A stretch of 64,000 bases of DNA, taken from contig CANQFD010000002.1 of assembly GCA_947598325.1 (NCBI GenBank), positions 90,765-154,764 on the forward strand, given 5' to 3'. A program made the position numbers and the translations under genes. Under the pieces are notes generated by a model. That model searched no databases, was not told the origin of the DNA, and worked only from the letters and a program-made list of their open reading frames with translations. The DNA is from an uncultured Bacilli bacterium (lineage in GTDB: Bacteria; Bacillota_I; Bacilli_A; RF39; UBA660). Of this stretch, positions 1 to 9,213 are shown piece by piece. Positions within the stretch are counted from its first letter, which is position 1; each line of letters starts with the position of its first letter.

Positions 1-700
1 TTATTAGTTTATCTACATTCTTCTCTTTTGCCAATCTATTAACTGTTATTATTACAAAATCTTTTTTTGATATTCCAATTTTATTTCTTAATTTGTTAAT
101 TTTATATTTATCGAAATTTTCTTTATAAAATTTTTCAGTTTCTATTCCTGTTGGAACAATATGAATATTTTTAGAAACTTTATATTTATCCTTAAATAAG
201 TTATATATTTTTTTTGTCGGAACTATTAGTTCAGTAGCTGTTTTATCACCGAAAAAAACGGATAAGTATTTCACTACTTCTTTTGCGGGTTTATCTAAAA
301 GCTTTTTACCTTTAGTAACATAGTGTGTATAATCTTCCCACATTGTATGATATGTATGTACAAGTGGAATACTAAGTTGTTTTGATACAATTCTAGCAAA
401 CATACCTATAGTAAATTCAACATTAGTATGAATAATATCTAAATTCCAATTTTTTATTATATTTAAAGCTCTAACTGAATATACACTTGTAAATCTATAG
501 TTATAACAATGAAGAGATAAACTTGGAAGTCTTAATATTTTATCATCATCTTCATATTGATATTTTAAAGTTTCTTCATTAACTGTTACAACATAAACAG
601 TATGACCTTTCTTTTCAAGAGCCCTTTTTAGCATCAAACAACTAGTAGAAACACCATTCACTAATGGTGGATATGACTCAGTAAAAATTCCTATTTTCAT
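1..700 (-). CDS. Glycosyltransferase family 4 (diacylglycerol glycosyltransferase-like); N-terminal ~233 codons only, 3' end beyond the window edge
   Basis: Hand translation of the minus strand from the ATG at 698-700 gives MKIGIFTESYPPLVNGVSTSCLMLKRALEKKGHTVYVVT...HTYHTMWEDYTHY..., a typical GT4 N-terminal Rossmann half. It is missing from the ORF track because it runs off the window. Confidence 0.7.
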   Translation of the reverse strand, partial: MKIGIFTESYPPLVNGVSTSCLMLKRALEKKGHTVYVVTVNEETLKYQYEDDDKILRLPSLSLHCYNYRFTSVYSVRALNIIKNWNLDIIHTNVEFTIGMFARIVSKQLSIPLVHTYHTMWEDYTHYVTKGKKLLDKPAKEVVKYLSVFFGDKTATELIVPTKKIYNLFKDKYKVSKNIHIVPTGIETEKFYKENFDKYKINKLRNKIGISKKDFVIITVNRLAKEKNVDKLI

Positions 701-1702
701 TTATTTCACCTCTTTTCTTACAAACAAAAGTGCTACTAAACCTATTATAATCCCAAAATAGTAAGTTACAAATCTCCAAATTATCATACATGCTGAAAGA
801 GAAGCACCAACTGTAAATATTTTAAAAAAACTCATAAAGCCATATTCTAATCCGCCCGTCCCGCCAGGTATTGGAACAAAAGTTCCTATTAAAAAAGTGT
901 AACTTGAACATATAATAGATTCAAACATATTAATCGCATCAAAACTACCTATGCTATAAAATATAAATAATGGTATGGAATATAGTAGTAATAATCCAAT
1001 AATATTATAAAAAGTTGCTAATATTAAGTTTTTTTTATTATTTTTAAAATAAATAGCGCTATTATAAAAATCATTAATTTTTTTAGATAATCTTTCTTTT
1101 AAATCATCTCTCTTATTGAAAAATTTAAATATAAAGTTAAGAACTTTATTAAATATTTCTGTATTTGTTTTTTTTGCCATACATAAAAACATTATAAATG
1201 ATAAAATAACTATATTAATTATATAACCTATTATTACTATTTTTCTAAGTAAACTATCTGATGGAATTATTTTAAATATATAATTTATTATTATTGAAAC
1301 GGTACCAATTATTGTTAAAGCTAACTGATAAGTAAAAAAGTTCTGTAATAACACATTACTAGAATCGGTAATTTTCATACCTTGTTTTTTTAATATATAT
1401 ATTTGAAAAGGTTGTCCACCTGAAGAAAATGGAGTTATTGCATTAAAGAATAAAGCACTAACCATAAGTTTAAAAGTATCCTTAAATTTATAATTTGATC
1501 TAACTTCTTTTATAAATGAATTCAGGCTTAATGACTGGAAGAAAATATTTAGCAACATAAATAATATAGCAATTATAAGCCAAATATAATTTAAATTTGA
1601 TATATAGTAAATTGTTTTATAAAAATCATCCTTTAAAGCTAATACCATTATCAATAATGAAATACAAATTAAAACTATAATATTTATTAAATACTTTTTC
1701 AT
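701..1702 (-). CDS. Flippase-like polytopic membrane protein (UPF0104 / lysyl-PG synthase TM-region family)
   Basis: ORF track 701..1720; polytopic hydrophobic protein with a PIPGGTGGLE-type motif. Likely start is MKKYL at 1702, just after the pgk stop at 1705. This family is commonly paired with a GT4 glycolipid synthase. Confidence 0.6.
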   Translation of the reverse strand: MKKYLINIIVLICISLLIMVLALKDDFYKTIYYISNLNYIWLIIAILFMLLNIFFQSLSLNSFIKEVRSNYKFKDTFKLMVSALFFNAITPFSSGGQPFQIYILKKQGMKITDSSNVLLQNFFTYQLALTIIGTVSIIINYIFKIIPSDSLLRKIVIIGYIINIVILSFIMFLCMAKKTNTEIFNKVLNFIFKFFNKRDDLKERLSKKINDFYNSAIYFKNNKKNLILATFYNIIGLLLLYSIPLFIFYSIGSFDAINMFESIICSSYTFLIGTFVPIPGGTGGLEYGFMSFFKIFTVGASLSACMIIWRFVTYYFGIIIGLVALLFVRKEVK

Positions 1703-1704
1703 AT

Positions 1705-2868
1705 TTATCCACATAAGCATTTTATACCAGGTAAATCTTTACCCTCTAAATACTCAAGTGATGCACCCCCTCCAGTTGATATATGATCAAATTTATCTTT
1801 ATATCCAAATTTTATTGCAGCATATGAAGAGTCCCCTCCTCCAATTATAACACATGCATCTATTTTAGATATAATATTCAATATTTCTTTTGTTCCATAT
1901 TCATAGTTGCTATATTCAAATGCACCAGCTGGACCATTTAAAAATATTGTTTTAGAATCTAATATATTGTTATATATTAAATCAATTGTTTTTGGGCCTA
2001 TATCTAAACCAATATCCCCATCTTTTATATCATCTACATTTTTAAGTTCTTTTTTTGATATGTCTGATAATTCTTTACTAGTATATATATCAATTGGAAG
2101 AATAATTTTATTAGAATATTTATTATATAAATTTCTTGCGTATTCAATATTTTCTTCATCTACTATAGAATTTCCAACATTCTTACCAAGAGATTTTAGG
2201 AAAGTAAAAGCCATTGCGCCAACTATCACAAATTTATCAACTTTATCTATTAAGTTTGTTATAATGCCTATTTTATCAGAAATTTTACTACCACCTAATA
2301 TTATTGTGAATGGTTTTTTAGGATTATCCCTTATAATATCTAAGTATTTAATTTCTTTTTCAATTAATAACCCTGCATATGACGGTAAAAATTTAGATAT
2401 ACCAACAGTTGATGAAGCTGTTCTATGACATACGCCAAATGCATCATTTATAAATATATCTGCAAATGAAGAAAAATACTTAGCTAATAACATATCATTG
2501 TTGCTTTCTTTTTTATTATCTAAATCAAAATATCTTGTATTTTCAAACATTACTATTTTATTTTCATTTACTAAAGAATTAATATCATCACTGTACGTAC
2601 AAAAAGCTATATTAATATTAAGCATTGAAGATAAATAATCACATACAGGTTTCAAAGTATTATTTTTTATATCAGTATCATTATTTACTCTGCCTAGATG
2701 AGATAATATTATAACTTTTTTTGCCCTATCATATACATATTTTATAGTAGGCAAACTTTGTAACAACCTATTATCATCCATAATTTTTCCATTATCAATT
2801 GGAACATTGAAATCACATCTGATTATTACTCTTTTATCTTTAATGTTTGCATCTTTTAAATATTTCAT
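1705..2868 (-). CDS. pgk: Phosphoglycerate kinase
   Basis: N-terminus KDKRVIIRCDFNVP and full-length PGK-like sequence. ORF track extends to 2877; the third ATG (2868) has the best GAAAGG spacing. Confidence 0.95.
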   Translation of the reverse strand: MKYLKDANIKDKRVIIRCDFNVPIDNGKIMDDNRLLQSLPTIKYVYDRAKKVIILSHLGRVNNDTDIKNNTLKPVCDYLSSMLNINIAFCTYSDDINSLVNENKIVMFENTRYFDLDNKKESNNDMLLAKYFSSFADIFINDAFGVCHRTASSTVGISKFLPSYAGLLIEKEIKYLDIIRDNPKKPFTIILGGSKISDKIGIITNLIDKVDKFVIVGAMAFTFLKSLGKNVGNSIVDEENIEYARNLYNKYSNKIILPIDIYTSKELSDISKKELKNVDDIKDGDIGLDIGPKTIDLIYNNILDSKTIFLNGPAGAFEYSNYEYGTKEILNIISKIDACVIIGGGDSSYAAIKFGYKDKFDHISTGGGASLEYLEGKDLPGIKCLCG

Positions 2869-2910
2869 CTGCATCATGCCTTTCTATGTATATAATACCC
2901 AAAATATATT

Positions 2911-4224
2911 CTATCTAACATTAATAATACAAGTAGCTCTTTTACCATTAGATGAAGTAGCTATAATTGTTGCAGTCCCAGGTTGTTTTGCAGTTACAAA
3001 ACCATTTGAATTTACCTGTGCAACAGAAGTATTTGATGACGAAAATGTTACTGATTTATTCGTAGCATTACTTGGATTTATTGTTACAGATAATTGATAT
3101 GTAGAATTAACTGACATAACTTTATTATTAGGTGTTATACTTAATCCGGATACTAAAACTGTTGTATTTGGTTTTGGAATTGATGAAACACAACTCTTAA
3201 CCGTAAAGTTTTTAGTTGCATAACTTGTATTTCCAGCACTGTCAGATACCTTATAATTAAGTGTATAAATACCTGGATTATTAATTACACCTGTATCCCC
3301 TGTTATAATAACTCTGCTTGTTATATCTCCATCTACATTATCTCTAGCTATATATCCATATGGTCCATTAATACTTATATTAACACTGTTCCCTGCACAA
3401 ATTGTTTGATATAAACTATTATTGTTGAAAGTTATAATTGGATTCGTTCTATCAATTGATGGAGTTGGTGTTGGAGTTGGTGTTGGTGTTACTTCTGGCA
3501 CAGCATTATTTTGTTTGGAATCATCCTTATTTTCTTGTGTTGGTTGTTCTTTTTCTTTTACTATAACTTTTCTTTCTACACTTGTTTTATTCTTTGATGA
3601 ATCACTTACAGTATATTTAACTAAATATTCTCCAGCTACCTTTGTATTAACTTTACCGCTTATTTTTATTTTAGATGTTATATCCCCATCTACATTATCC
3701 GTTGCTACCGCACCAAGTTCTTTATATTTATCGCCAACAGTAAGAGTAATTTCTTTATCACCAAACAATTCTATATTTGGTTTTTCTGTATCTTGTTGAG
3801 TTTGAGTTTTATCATTGTTTTGATTCATACCAGATGGTTTATATCCATAATTTTTTGTTTTATAAATTTTTCCACAACTAATATATGCACTATAAGAATT
3901 ATTTGAAGAATCTATACTTTTGGTTGTTGATGAAGATTGAACTATTACATATCCTTTACAATCAGATGCTCTTGAAAAAGTTACGAGTTTTTGTTTTATA
4001 ATATCCTTTATATCAATTTGTCTCCATTCATTTTCTTTTAATTCAATTTTTTCCTTTAACAGATAATTTGAGCCAGCATAAGCAAGTTGATTCTCAAATT
4101 CTATATATTTTTTTCTTAAATTTGATTTATGTATTGAAACACCAATAAAAATAGATAATATAGCTACAACGACTAATGAAATAATTATTATTTTACCTTT
4201 CGTCAACCACTTTGTTTCCTCCAT
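2911..4224 (-). CDS. N-terminally anchored surface protein: paralogous N-domain, two Ig-like (DUF5011-type, DNVDGDITS) domains, (TP)n linker, C-terminal Big_2 domain
   Basis: Single N-terminal TM. Two DNVDGDITS...Y.V.D..GN repeats, TPTPTPTPTP, and a C-terminal Big_2-like ITPNNK...TATIIATSSNGKRATCIINV. The N-terminal ~130 aa are paralogous to ORF 4290..4676. Confidence 0.75.
   Translation of the reverse strand: MEETKWLTKGKIIIISLVVVAILSIFIGVSIHKSNLRKKYIEFENQLAYAGSNYLLKEKIELKENEWRQIDIKDIIKQKLVTFSRASDCKGYVIVQSSSTTKSIDSSNNSYSAYISCGKIYKTKNYGYKPSGMNQNNDKTQTQQDTEKPNIELFGDKEITLTVGDKYKELGAVATDNVDGDITSKIKISGKVNTKVAGEYLVKYTVSDSSKNKTSVERKVIVKEKEQPTQENKDDSKQNNAVPEVTPTPTPTPTPSIDRTNPIITFNNNSLYQTICAGNSVNISINGPYGYIARDNVDGDITSRVIITGDTGVINNPGIYTLNYKVSDSAGNTSYATKNFTVKSCVSSIPKPNTTVLVSGLSITPNNKVMSVNSTYQLSVTINPSNATNKSVTFSSSNTSVAQVNSNGFVTAKQPGTATIIATSSNGKRATCIINVR
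3461..3490 (-). repeat. Hexanucleotide tandem repeat encoding the (Thr-Pro)5 linker
   Basis: Plus strand reads ggagttggtgttggagttggtgttggtgtt, lying within CDS 2911..4224. Confidence 0.8.
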
Positions 4225-4289
4225 ACAAATCCTCCTATTATTATTATATAAAAATTATAACACAAAAAAAAAATAAGTTAAACTTATTT

Positions 4290-4676
4290 TTAATATTCAC
4301 TATAATTTGGACTAATATATTTATTATCACATTTAATATATGGATAATAGTATATATCATATTCATTAGTATAATTATCTCTTTCACTTGATGCAATTAC
4401 GTATCCTGCACACTTATCCTTTAATTCATTTGATACTAATTTTTGTTTTTTTAATGCTGTTAATGTAATCTTTTTTTCTTCACCATTCTTTAAACCTAGA
4501 CCTTTTATAATATAATAATTCTCTGCGGCTGTTTTAAGTTCTGTCTCAAAAGCTTTATATTTTTTTGTATTCTTATTTTTCATAGTGTAAAAACCTATAA
4601 TCAAAGAAATTATAATAATTATAATTAAAATTATTAATATTAAATTACCTCTTGTTAATTGTTTTCTGTTTTTCAT
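4290..4676 (-). CDS. Small N-terminally anchored protein, paralog of the N-domain of 2911..4224
   Basis: 128 aa. Shared blocks with the neighbour: LT[RK]G plus hydrophobic helix, KKY.aFE..L, KQKLV, C.GYVI, Y..YI.C..Y. No family name recognised. Confidence 0.7.
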   Translation of the reverse strand: MKNRKQLTRGNLILIILIIIIIISLIIGFYTMKNKNTKKYKAFETELKTAAENYYIIKGLGLKNGEEKKITLTALKKQKLVSNELKDKCAGYVIASSERDNYTNEYDIYYYPYIKCDNKYISPNYSEY

Positions 4677-4697
4677 AAATATACCTCTATTCTACCT

Positions 4698-5699
4698 TTA
4701 TATTATAGTCATCAAATATTTAGCTGTTCTTATTAGCTGACACGTATAACTCATTTCATTATCATACCAAGCAGATACTTTAACTAATTTTTTACCATTT
4801 TGACTAATTATCTTTGTTTGTGTTGAATCATAAACTGAACCAAATGTAGTTCCTATTATATCACTTGAAACTATTTCTTCATCAATATAACCAAGAGTTT
4901 CATTTTGTGCATTCTTCATTGCATTATCGATATCTTCTTTTGTTACATCTTTTTCAAGTTCACAAACAAGCTCAACAATTGACCCACTTATAACTGGAAC
5001 TCTCTGAGCACTGCCATCTAGCTTTCCATTCAATTCTGGTATAACCAAACCTATTGCTTTTGCAGCACCAGTACTATTGGGAACAATATTATTAGCTCCT
5101 GCTCTTGCTCTTCTTAAATCAGATTTTTTATGTGGAGCATCTAATATGTTTTGATCATTTGTATAAGCATGAATTGTACTCATAAAACCTATTTGAATTT
5201 TAAAATTATCATTTAATACTTTAGCTACTGGTGCTAAACAGTTTGTTGTACAACTTGCTGCAGAAATGATTTGTTCTGTTCCATCAAGAATAGTATGATT
5301 TACATTATATACTATTGTCTTAACATCATCTCCTGCTGGTGCTGAAATTATTACCCTTTTTGCACCAGCTTGTATGTGTTTAAATGACTTTTCTTTGCTA
5401 GTAAAGAAACCTGTACACTCCAAAACAACATCAACATCTAATTTACCCCATGGTAAATTTTCTGGATTACTTTCACTATATACTCTTATTTTTTTACCAT
5501 CAATAATAATATTTTCATCATCATATGTTATGTTTTTATTATATAAGCCCTGTGCAGTATCATATTTCAGCAAATGAGACAATGTTTTTGTATCAGTTAG
5601 ATCATTTATTGCAACTATATTAAAATCACTATCATCAAACACTCTCCTAAAAGCTAATCTACCTATTCTTCCAAATCCATTTATTGCTAATTTAACCAT
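4698..5699 (-). CDS. gap: Glyceraldehyde-3-phosphate dehydrogenase, type I
   Basis: [28 protein letters not shown] active-site motif and WYDNE. ORF track extends to 5717; the start at MVKLAING has an AGGAA RBS. Confidence 0.95.
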   Translation of the reverse strand: MVKLAINGFGRIGRLAFRRVFDDSDFNIVAINDLTDTKTLSHLLKYDTAQGLYNKNITYDDENIIIDGKKIRVYSESNPENLPWGKLDVDVVLECTGFFTSKEKSFKHIQAGAKRVIISAPAGDDVKTIVYNVNHTILDGTEQIISAASCTTNCLAPVAKVLNDNFKIQIGFMSTIHAYTNDQNILDAPHKKSDLRRARAGANNIVPNSTGAAKAIGLVIPELNGKLDGSAQRVPVISGSIVELVCELEKDVTKEDIDNAMKNAQNETLGYIDEEIVSSDIIGTTFGSVYDSTQTKIISQNGKKLVKVSAWYDNEMSYTCQLIRTAKYLMTII

Positions 5700-5717
5700 C
5701 TTATCATTTCCTTTCAT

Positions 5718-7364
5718 TTATACCTGAAAATAGCTATCTCCTATAAATTCCCTTAATATTGAATCCCTTGGAATATAATCATCTGATATTGGTAATATAT
5801 TTTTAAGTAAATTTAAAAGTCTCAATGCCTCTTTATAAACTGGACTATTCTCATCTACAGAAAATAGTAATGGTTCAACATACGTTTTTAAAACCCCAAG
5901 TTCATATATCAATGATGTATTAAAAATTGCATCCGCATCATCTTGAAATGGAAAAACATACTTTTCTTCACCACTTCTAACTTTATCCCATGTAATTAAA
6001 GTGTCCTCTGCGTTATAACCTCTAGTTCTATTATCTCTAACTATTCTTCTTAAAAGTCTATTATCAGTAGTTCTTATTCTATTATGATTATCTAAACTAA
6101 GAACTGTTAACGGACATAAATATATTTTATACTTATTTTCTCTAGGTATTGAGCATGTTAATTCATCATTTAATGCATGTAAACCTTCAATAATTATTAT
6201 ATCATTATTATTTAATTTTAAACTATCTCCTATATATTCTTTTTTTCCAGTTATAAAATTATATGTAGGTAAATTTATTTCTTTTCCATTTAATAAACCT
6301 TTTAAATCTTTATTAAATAACTCAACATCAACCGCAGATATAGACTCATAATCATAAGAACCATCCTCTAGTTTCGGATTATTCTCTCTATCTATAAAGT
6401 AATCATCTATAGAAATAGATATAGGATTATATCCAAAACCTTTTAAGAATAATTTTAATTTTCTTGATGATGTTGTTTTACCAGATGATGAAGGACCTGC
6501 CATTAATATAATTTTTATATTTTTGTTTTCTTTAATGTCATTTGAAATTTGATATATTTTATTATTTTGAATGTTTTCAGATAACAATATAATATCATTA
6601 ATATTCCCTTTTGAAACAATATTATTTAAATCACATACATTTTCTATTCCCAATTTAACACACCAATTGTCATATTTTTCAAATTCATCAAACAACTTTT
6701 TATGATGTGTATACTTTGGTATTTTTGATTTTGTATATATATTAGGATAACCTAAAACAAAGCTATAATTATCTATAAAAGTCAATTTAAATTCACTCAA
6801 ATATCCAGTACTTACTGGTAAATATGAAAAGTAATAATCATAAATATTCATAATTTTATATAAATTTACATTTGTATTAACTGAATACTTTAATATATTT
6901 ACTTTATCCATTCTATTTAAATTTTTATAATATTCAATAGCGTCTAATCTATTAACCAAAGTTTTTTGTATAGGAAGGTTATCTTTAATTATAGATTTCA
7001 TCTCATATTCAATTTTCTTTAATATATCTTCACTTACCCTTTTTGTAGACTTTATATATACTCCTTTATCAATAGAATACTTAACTTCAATATCACTTTT
7101 TAATACATTATAAAACGCTACAGATAGTATAAAAATAAGTCCACTTTCATATACTTTATTACCAACTTGTGTAGTTAAATCAAAAAAATCTATTTTAGAA
7201 TTATTCTTTACCTGTGTATTTAACTCACATAGTCTTCCGTCTATTTGACCAATAATTATTTTTTCACTATATTTATCAGCAAAATCTTTTGAAATATCTA
7301 AAAGAGTTGCCCCCTGCTCATATATGTATTCCTTACCCTTATATATAACTTTTATATTATTCAT
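5718..7364 (-). CDS. TGS-domain / uridine kinase-family (PRK-type P-loop) fusion nucleoside kinase
   Basis: ThrRS-like TGS N-terminus, then the P-loop MAGPSSSGKTTSSRKL and a uridine-kinase-like C-terminal half. Confidence 0.75.
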   Translation of the reverse strand: MNNIKVIYKGKEYIYEQGATLLDISKDFADKYSEKIIIGQIDGRLCELNTQVKNNSKIDFFDLTTQVGNKVYESGLIFILSVAFYNVLKSDIEVKYSIDKGVYIKSTKRVSEDILKKIEYEMKSIIKDNLPIQKTLVNRLDAIEYYKNLNRMDKVNILKYSVNTNVNLYKIMNIYDYYFSYLPVSTGYLSEFKLTFIDNYSFVLGYPNIYTKSKIPKYTHHKKLFDEFEKYDNWCVKLGIENVCDLNNIVSKGNINDIILLSENIQNNKIYQISNDIKENKNIKIILMAGPSSSGKTTSSRKLKLFLKGFGYNPISISIDDYFIDRENNPKLEDGSYDYESISAVDVELFNKDLKGLLNGKEINLPTYNFITGKKEYIGDSLKLNNNDIIIIEGLHALNDELTCSIPRENKYKIYLCPLTVLSLDNHNRIRTTDNRLLRRIVRDNRTRGYNAEDTLITWDKVRSGEEKYVFPFQDDADAIFNTSLIYELGVLKTYVEPLLFSVDENSPVYKEALRLLNLLKNILPISDDYIPRDSILREFIGDSYFQV

Positions 7365-7410
7365 TTTATCCTTCCTATTCTTTTATAATTTTATCATATA
7401 ATTAAATATT

Positions 7411-7440
7411 TTGTCACTAATTTATACGCATATTTATTAT
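7411..7440 (+). promoter_or_regulatory. Possible sigmaA-type promoter for clpP (TTGTCA-N18-TATTAT)
   Basis: Hexamers read by eye about 30 nt upstream of the clpP start. No CtsR heptad repeat was seen. Confidence 0.25.
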
Positions 7441-7471
7441 ATTATTTGATATTATAATAATGGGTGATAAA

Positions 7472-8053
7472 ATGAACTTTGTACCAAATGTTTTAGAAAA
7501 AACAAGCAATGGTGATAGAGTATATGACTTATGTTCTAGACTTTTAAAAGATAGAATTATACTTTTAACTGGTGAAATCAATGATAATAGTGCTAATATA
7601 GTTGTATCAGAATTATTATATCTAGATTCAATTAATAATGAAGATATAAGTATATATATAAATTCACCTGGTGGAAGTATAACTAGCGGTATGGCTATAT
7701 ATGATACTATGAATTATATAAAAAGTGATGTATCAACAATATGTGTTGGTATGGCAGCTTCTATGGCAGCATTTCTTTTATCAAGTGGAAAAAAAGGTAA
7801 AAGGTTTATTTTACCAAATAGTGAAGTTATGATTCATCAACCATTAGGAGGTGTTAATGGTCAAGCAACAGAAATAAAAATTGCTGCTGATAGGATACTA
7901 AAATTAAAGAAAAAATTAAATAAAATTCTCTCAAACAACACAGGAAAAAATTTAGAAACTATTGAAAATGATACTGAAAGAGATTATTTTATGGATTCAA
8001 ATGAAGCATTAGAATATGGAATAATAGATGAAATTTTAGTTAATAACAAATAA
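7472..8053 (+). CDS. clpP: ATP-dependent Clp protease proteolytic subunit
   Basis: [27 protein letters not shown] (Ser), MIHQP (His). ORF track starts at 7460; GGGTGA RBS lies before the ATG at 7472. Confidence 0.95.
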   Translation: MNFVPNVLEKTSNGDRVYDLCSRLLKDRIILLTGEINDNSANIVVSELLYLDSINNEDISIYINSPGGSITSGMAIYDTMNYIKSDVSTICVGMAASMAAFLLSSGKKGKRFILPNSEVMIHQPLGGVNGQATEIKIAADRILKLKKKLNKILSNNTGKNLETIENDTERDYFMDSNEALEYGIIDEILVNNK

Positions 8054-8073
8054 AAGACACATATGTGTCTTTT
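8052..8073. terminator. Bidirectional rho-independent terminator between clpP and the convergent HTH gene
   Basis: aaaagacac-atat-gtgtctttt hairpin flanked by A and T runs. Confidence 0.7.
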
Positions 8074-8074
8074 A

Positions 8075-8440
8075 TTAATCAAATTTATATGAATTATTTA
8101 AACCTCTAATTCTTCTTTCAGGATCCTCTCTTAAATAATTAAGTATATATTTATTTTCCTCTTTATGGAGAATTTTTAATATTTTAACATCTATCTTAGG
8201 AACAGTTATTCTATATGTTTCATCAGTTTGCGACACTACAAGGGCATCTCTGCCATATAAATAATCTGTTGTAACATTATAAAAATCTGCAAGTTTATTT
8301 ATATTTACTTCAGTTGGAACTGCATGAGAATTTTCATATCTTGATAATGTTCCCTTAGCTATACCAGTTTCTGCCTCTACATATTTCAATTTATAATTAT
8401 TTGATTCTCTTAATTCCTTTAATCTTTGTCCTACATACAT
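8075..8440 (-). CDS. XRE-family helix-turn-helix transcriptional regulator (paralog of 19518..19877)
   Basis: GQRLKELRESNNYKLKYVEAETGIAKGTLSRYENS...DYLYGR, plus a ~50 aa C-terminal extension shared with the second copy. Confidence 0.8.
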   Translation of the reverse strand: MYVGQRLKELRESNNYKLKYVEAETGIAKGTLSRYENSHAVPTEVNINKLADFYNVTTDYLYGRDALVVSQTDETYRITVPKIDVKILKILHKEENKYILNYLREDPERRIRGLNNSYKFD

Positions 8441-8452
8441 AAAACTCTCTCC

Positions 8453-8477
8453 TAACCATAAAATTAACTTATGGTTA
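8453..8477. promoter_or_regulatory. 9-bp perfect inverted repeat (taaccataa-N7-ttatggtta) just upstream of the XRE gene; candidate operator
   Basis: Read directly. It overlaps the motif ACCATAAGTTAAT (minus sense), which recurs as ACCATGAGTTAAT upstream of the paralog near 19883-19895. Confidence 0.35.
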
Positions 8478-8517
8478 AAGTATAAGAAAATTAGTAATAG
8501 GATTGTGTAAAATTAAC

Positions 8518-8540
8518 TAAAAAGAAACCTTTTTAGGTTT
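8518..8540 (-). terminator. Rho-independent terminator after the zinc peptidase gene
   Basis: aaacct-tttt-aggttt hairpin followed by a T-run on the minus strand. Confidence 0.55.
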
Positions 8541-9213
8541 AATCTCTATCTCTATCTGAAGCAAATGCAAGTACTAATCTTAATATTTGCATAATTGATG
8601 ATATAAGACCAGCTACATATGTAAACGCTGCGGCCATAAGCATTCTTTTAACATATTTCTTTTCATCTTCATTAACTATACCCATTTCAAATAATATTTT
8701 TCTAGCTCTTTTACTAGCATCAAATTCTACAGGTAAAGTAATTATTTGAAAAATTAATGCAAATGATATAAGAATCAATCCAAGTAAAAATAATTTGGTT
8801 ATTGATGCAAATAAACCTATCATTATAACTAAATAACCAAGTGTATTCCCAAAATTTACAAAGGGAACTAAAATATTCCTTATTTTTATTGGAATATAAC
8901 CTTCCTTATACTGAATAGCATGTCCACATTCATGAGCTGCAACTGCAACTGAAGCTACTGTTACACCTTCATATATATCATTTGATAAATTTATTAGTTT
9001 TTTACTATTATTATAGTGATCAGATAAATTTCCAGATATTTTTAAAACTTTTATATCATTTAAATCATACTTTGATAATATCCTTTCTGCTACCTGAGCT
9101 CCAGTTAAATTAGAATCAACCTCTATGCTTTTATATTTTGAATAAACAATATTTAACCATTGTTGTGCTATAAATACTATTAATAATGCCCCAAATAATA
9201 AAATTATATCCAT
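8539..9213 (-). CDS. Membrane zinc metallopeptidase (YugP / Zn_peptidase_2 family)
   Basis: HECGHAIQ (HExxH) motif, TM segments, typical ~225 aa length. Overlaps the cysS stop by 10 nt. Confidence 0.75.
   Translation of the reverse strand: MDIILLFGALLIVFIAQQWLNIVYSKYKSIEVDSNLTGAQVAERILSKYDLNDIKVLKISGNLSDHYNNSKKLINLSNDIYEGVTVASVAVAAHECGHAIQYKEGYIPIKIRNILVPFVNFGNTLGYLVIMIGLFASITKLFLLGLILISFALIFQIITLPVEFDASKRARKILFEMGIVNEDEKKYVKRMLMAAAFTYVAGLISSIMQILRLVLAFASDRDRD

Noticed and set aside
1907-2428. Plus-strand ORFs lying inside minus-strand genes. These include 1907..2428, 2807..3097, 3422..3799, 5374..5577, 9734..9922, 10215..10445, 10720..11046, 18989..19294, 23781..23978, 31446..31838, 35787..36269, 37305..37679, 43494..43823, 45154..45390, and the minus-strand ORFs inside rnj and other plus-strand genes.
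   Set aside because: All are fully antisense to ORFs with strong conserved-family signatures. They have low-complexity L/I/F/S-rich translations and no RBS. This is the expected artefact of stop-poor antisense frames.
3455-3495. A short tandem repeat that could be mistaken for a CRISPR or VNTR locus.
   Set aside because: It is in frame within a CDS and encodes a (Thr-Pro)5 inter-domain linker. There is no spacer structure.
7365-7471. A CtsR operator (tandem GGTCAAA heptads) upstream of clpP.
   Set aside because: No GGTCAAA/TTTGACC repeat was found on either strand. Only a generic sigmaA-like promoter is visible.
8539-9213. The zinc peptidase plus downstream XRE gene as an ImmA/ImmR-type mobile-element switch.
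   Set aside because: The peptidase is a polytopic YugP-type membrane protein, not an ImmA/IrrE-type soluble peptidase. A terminator separates the two genes, and no integrase or phage genes are nearby.
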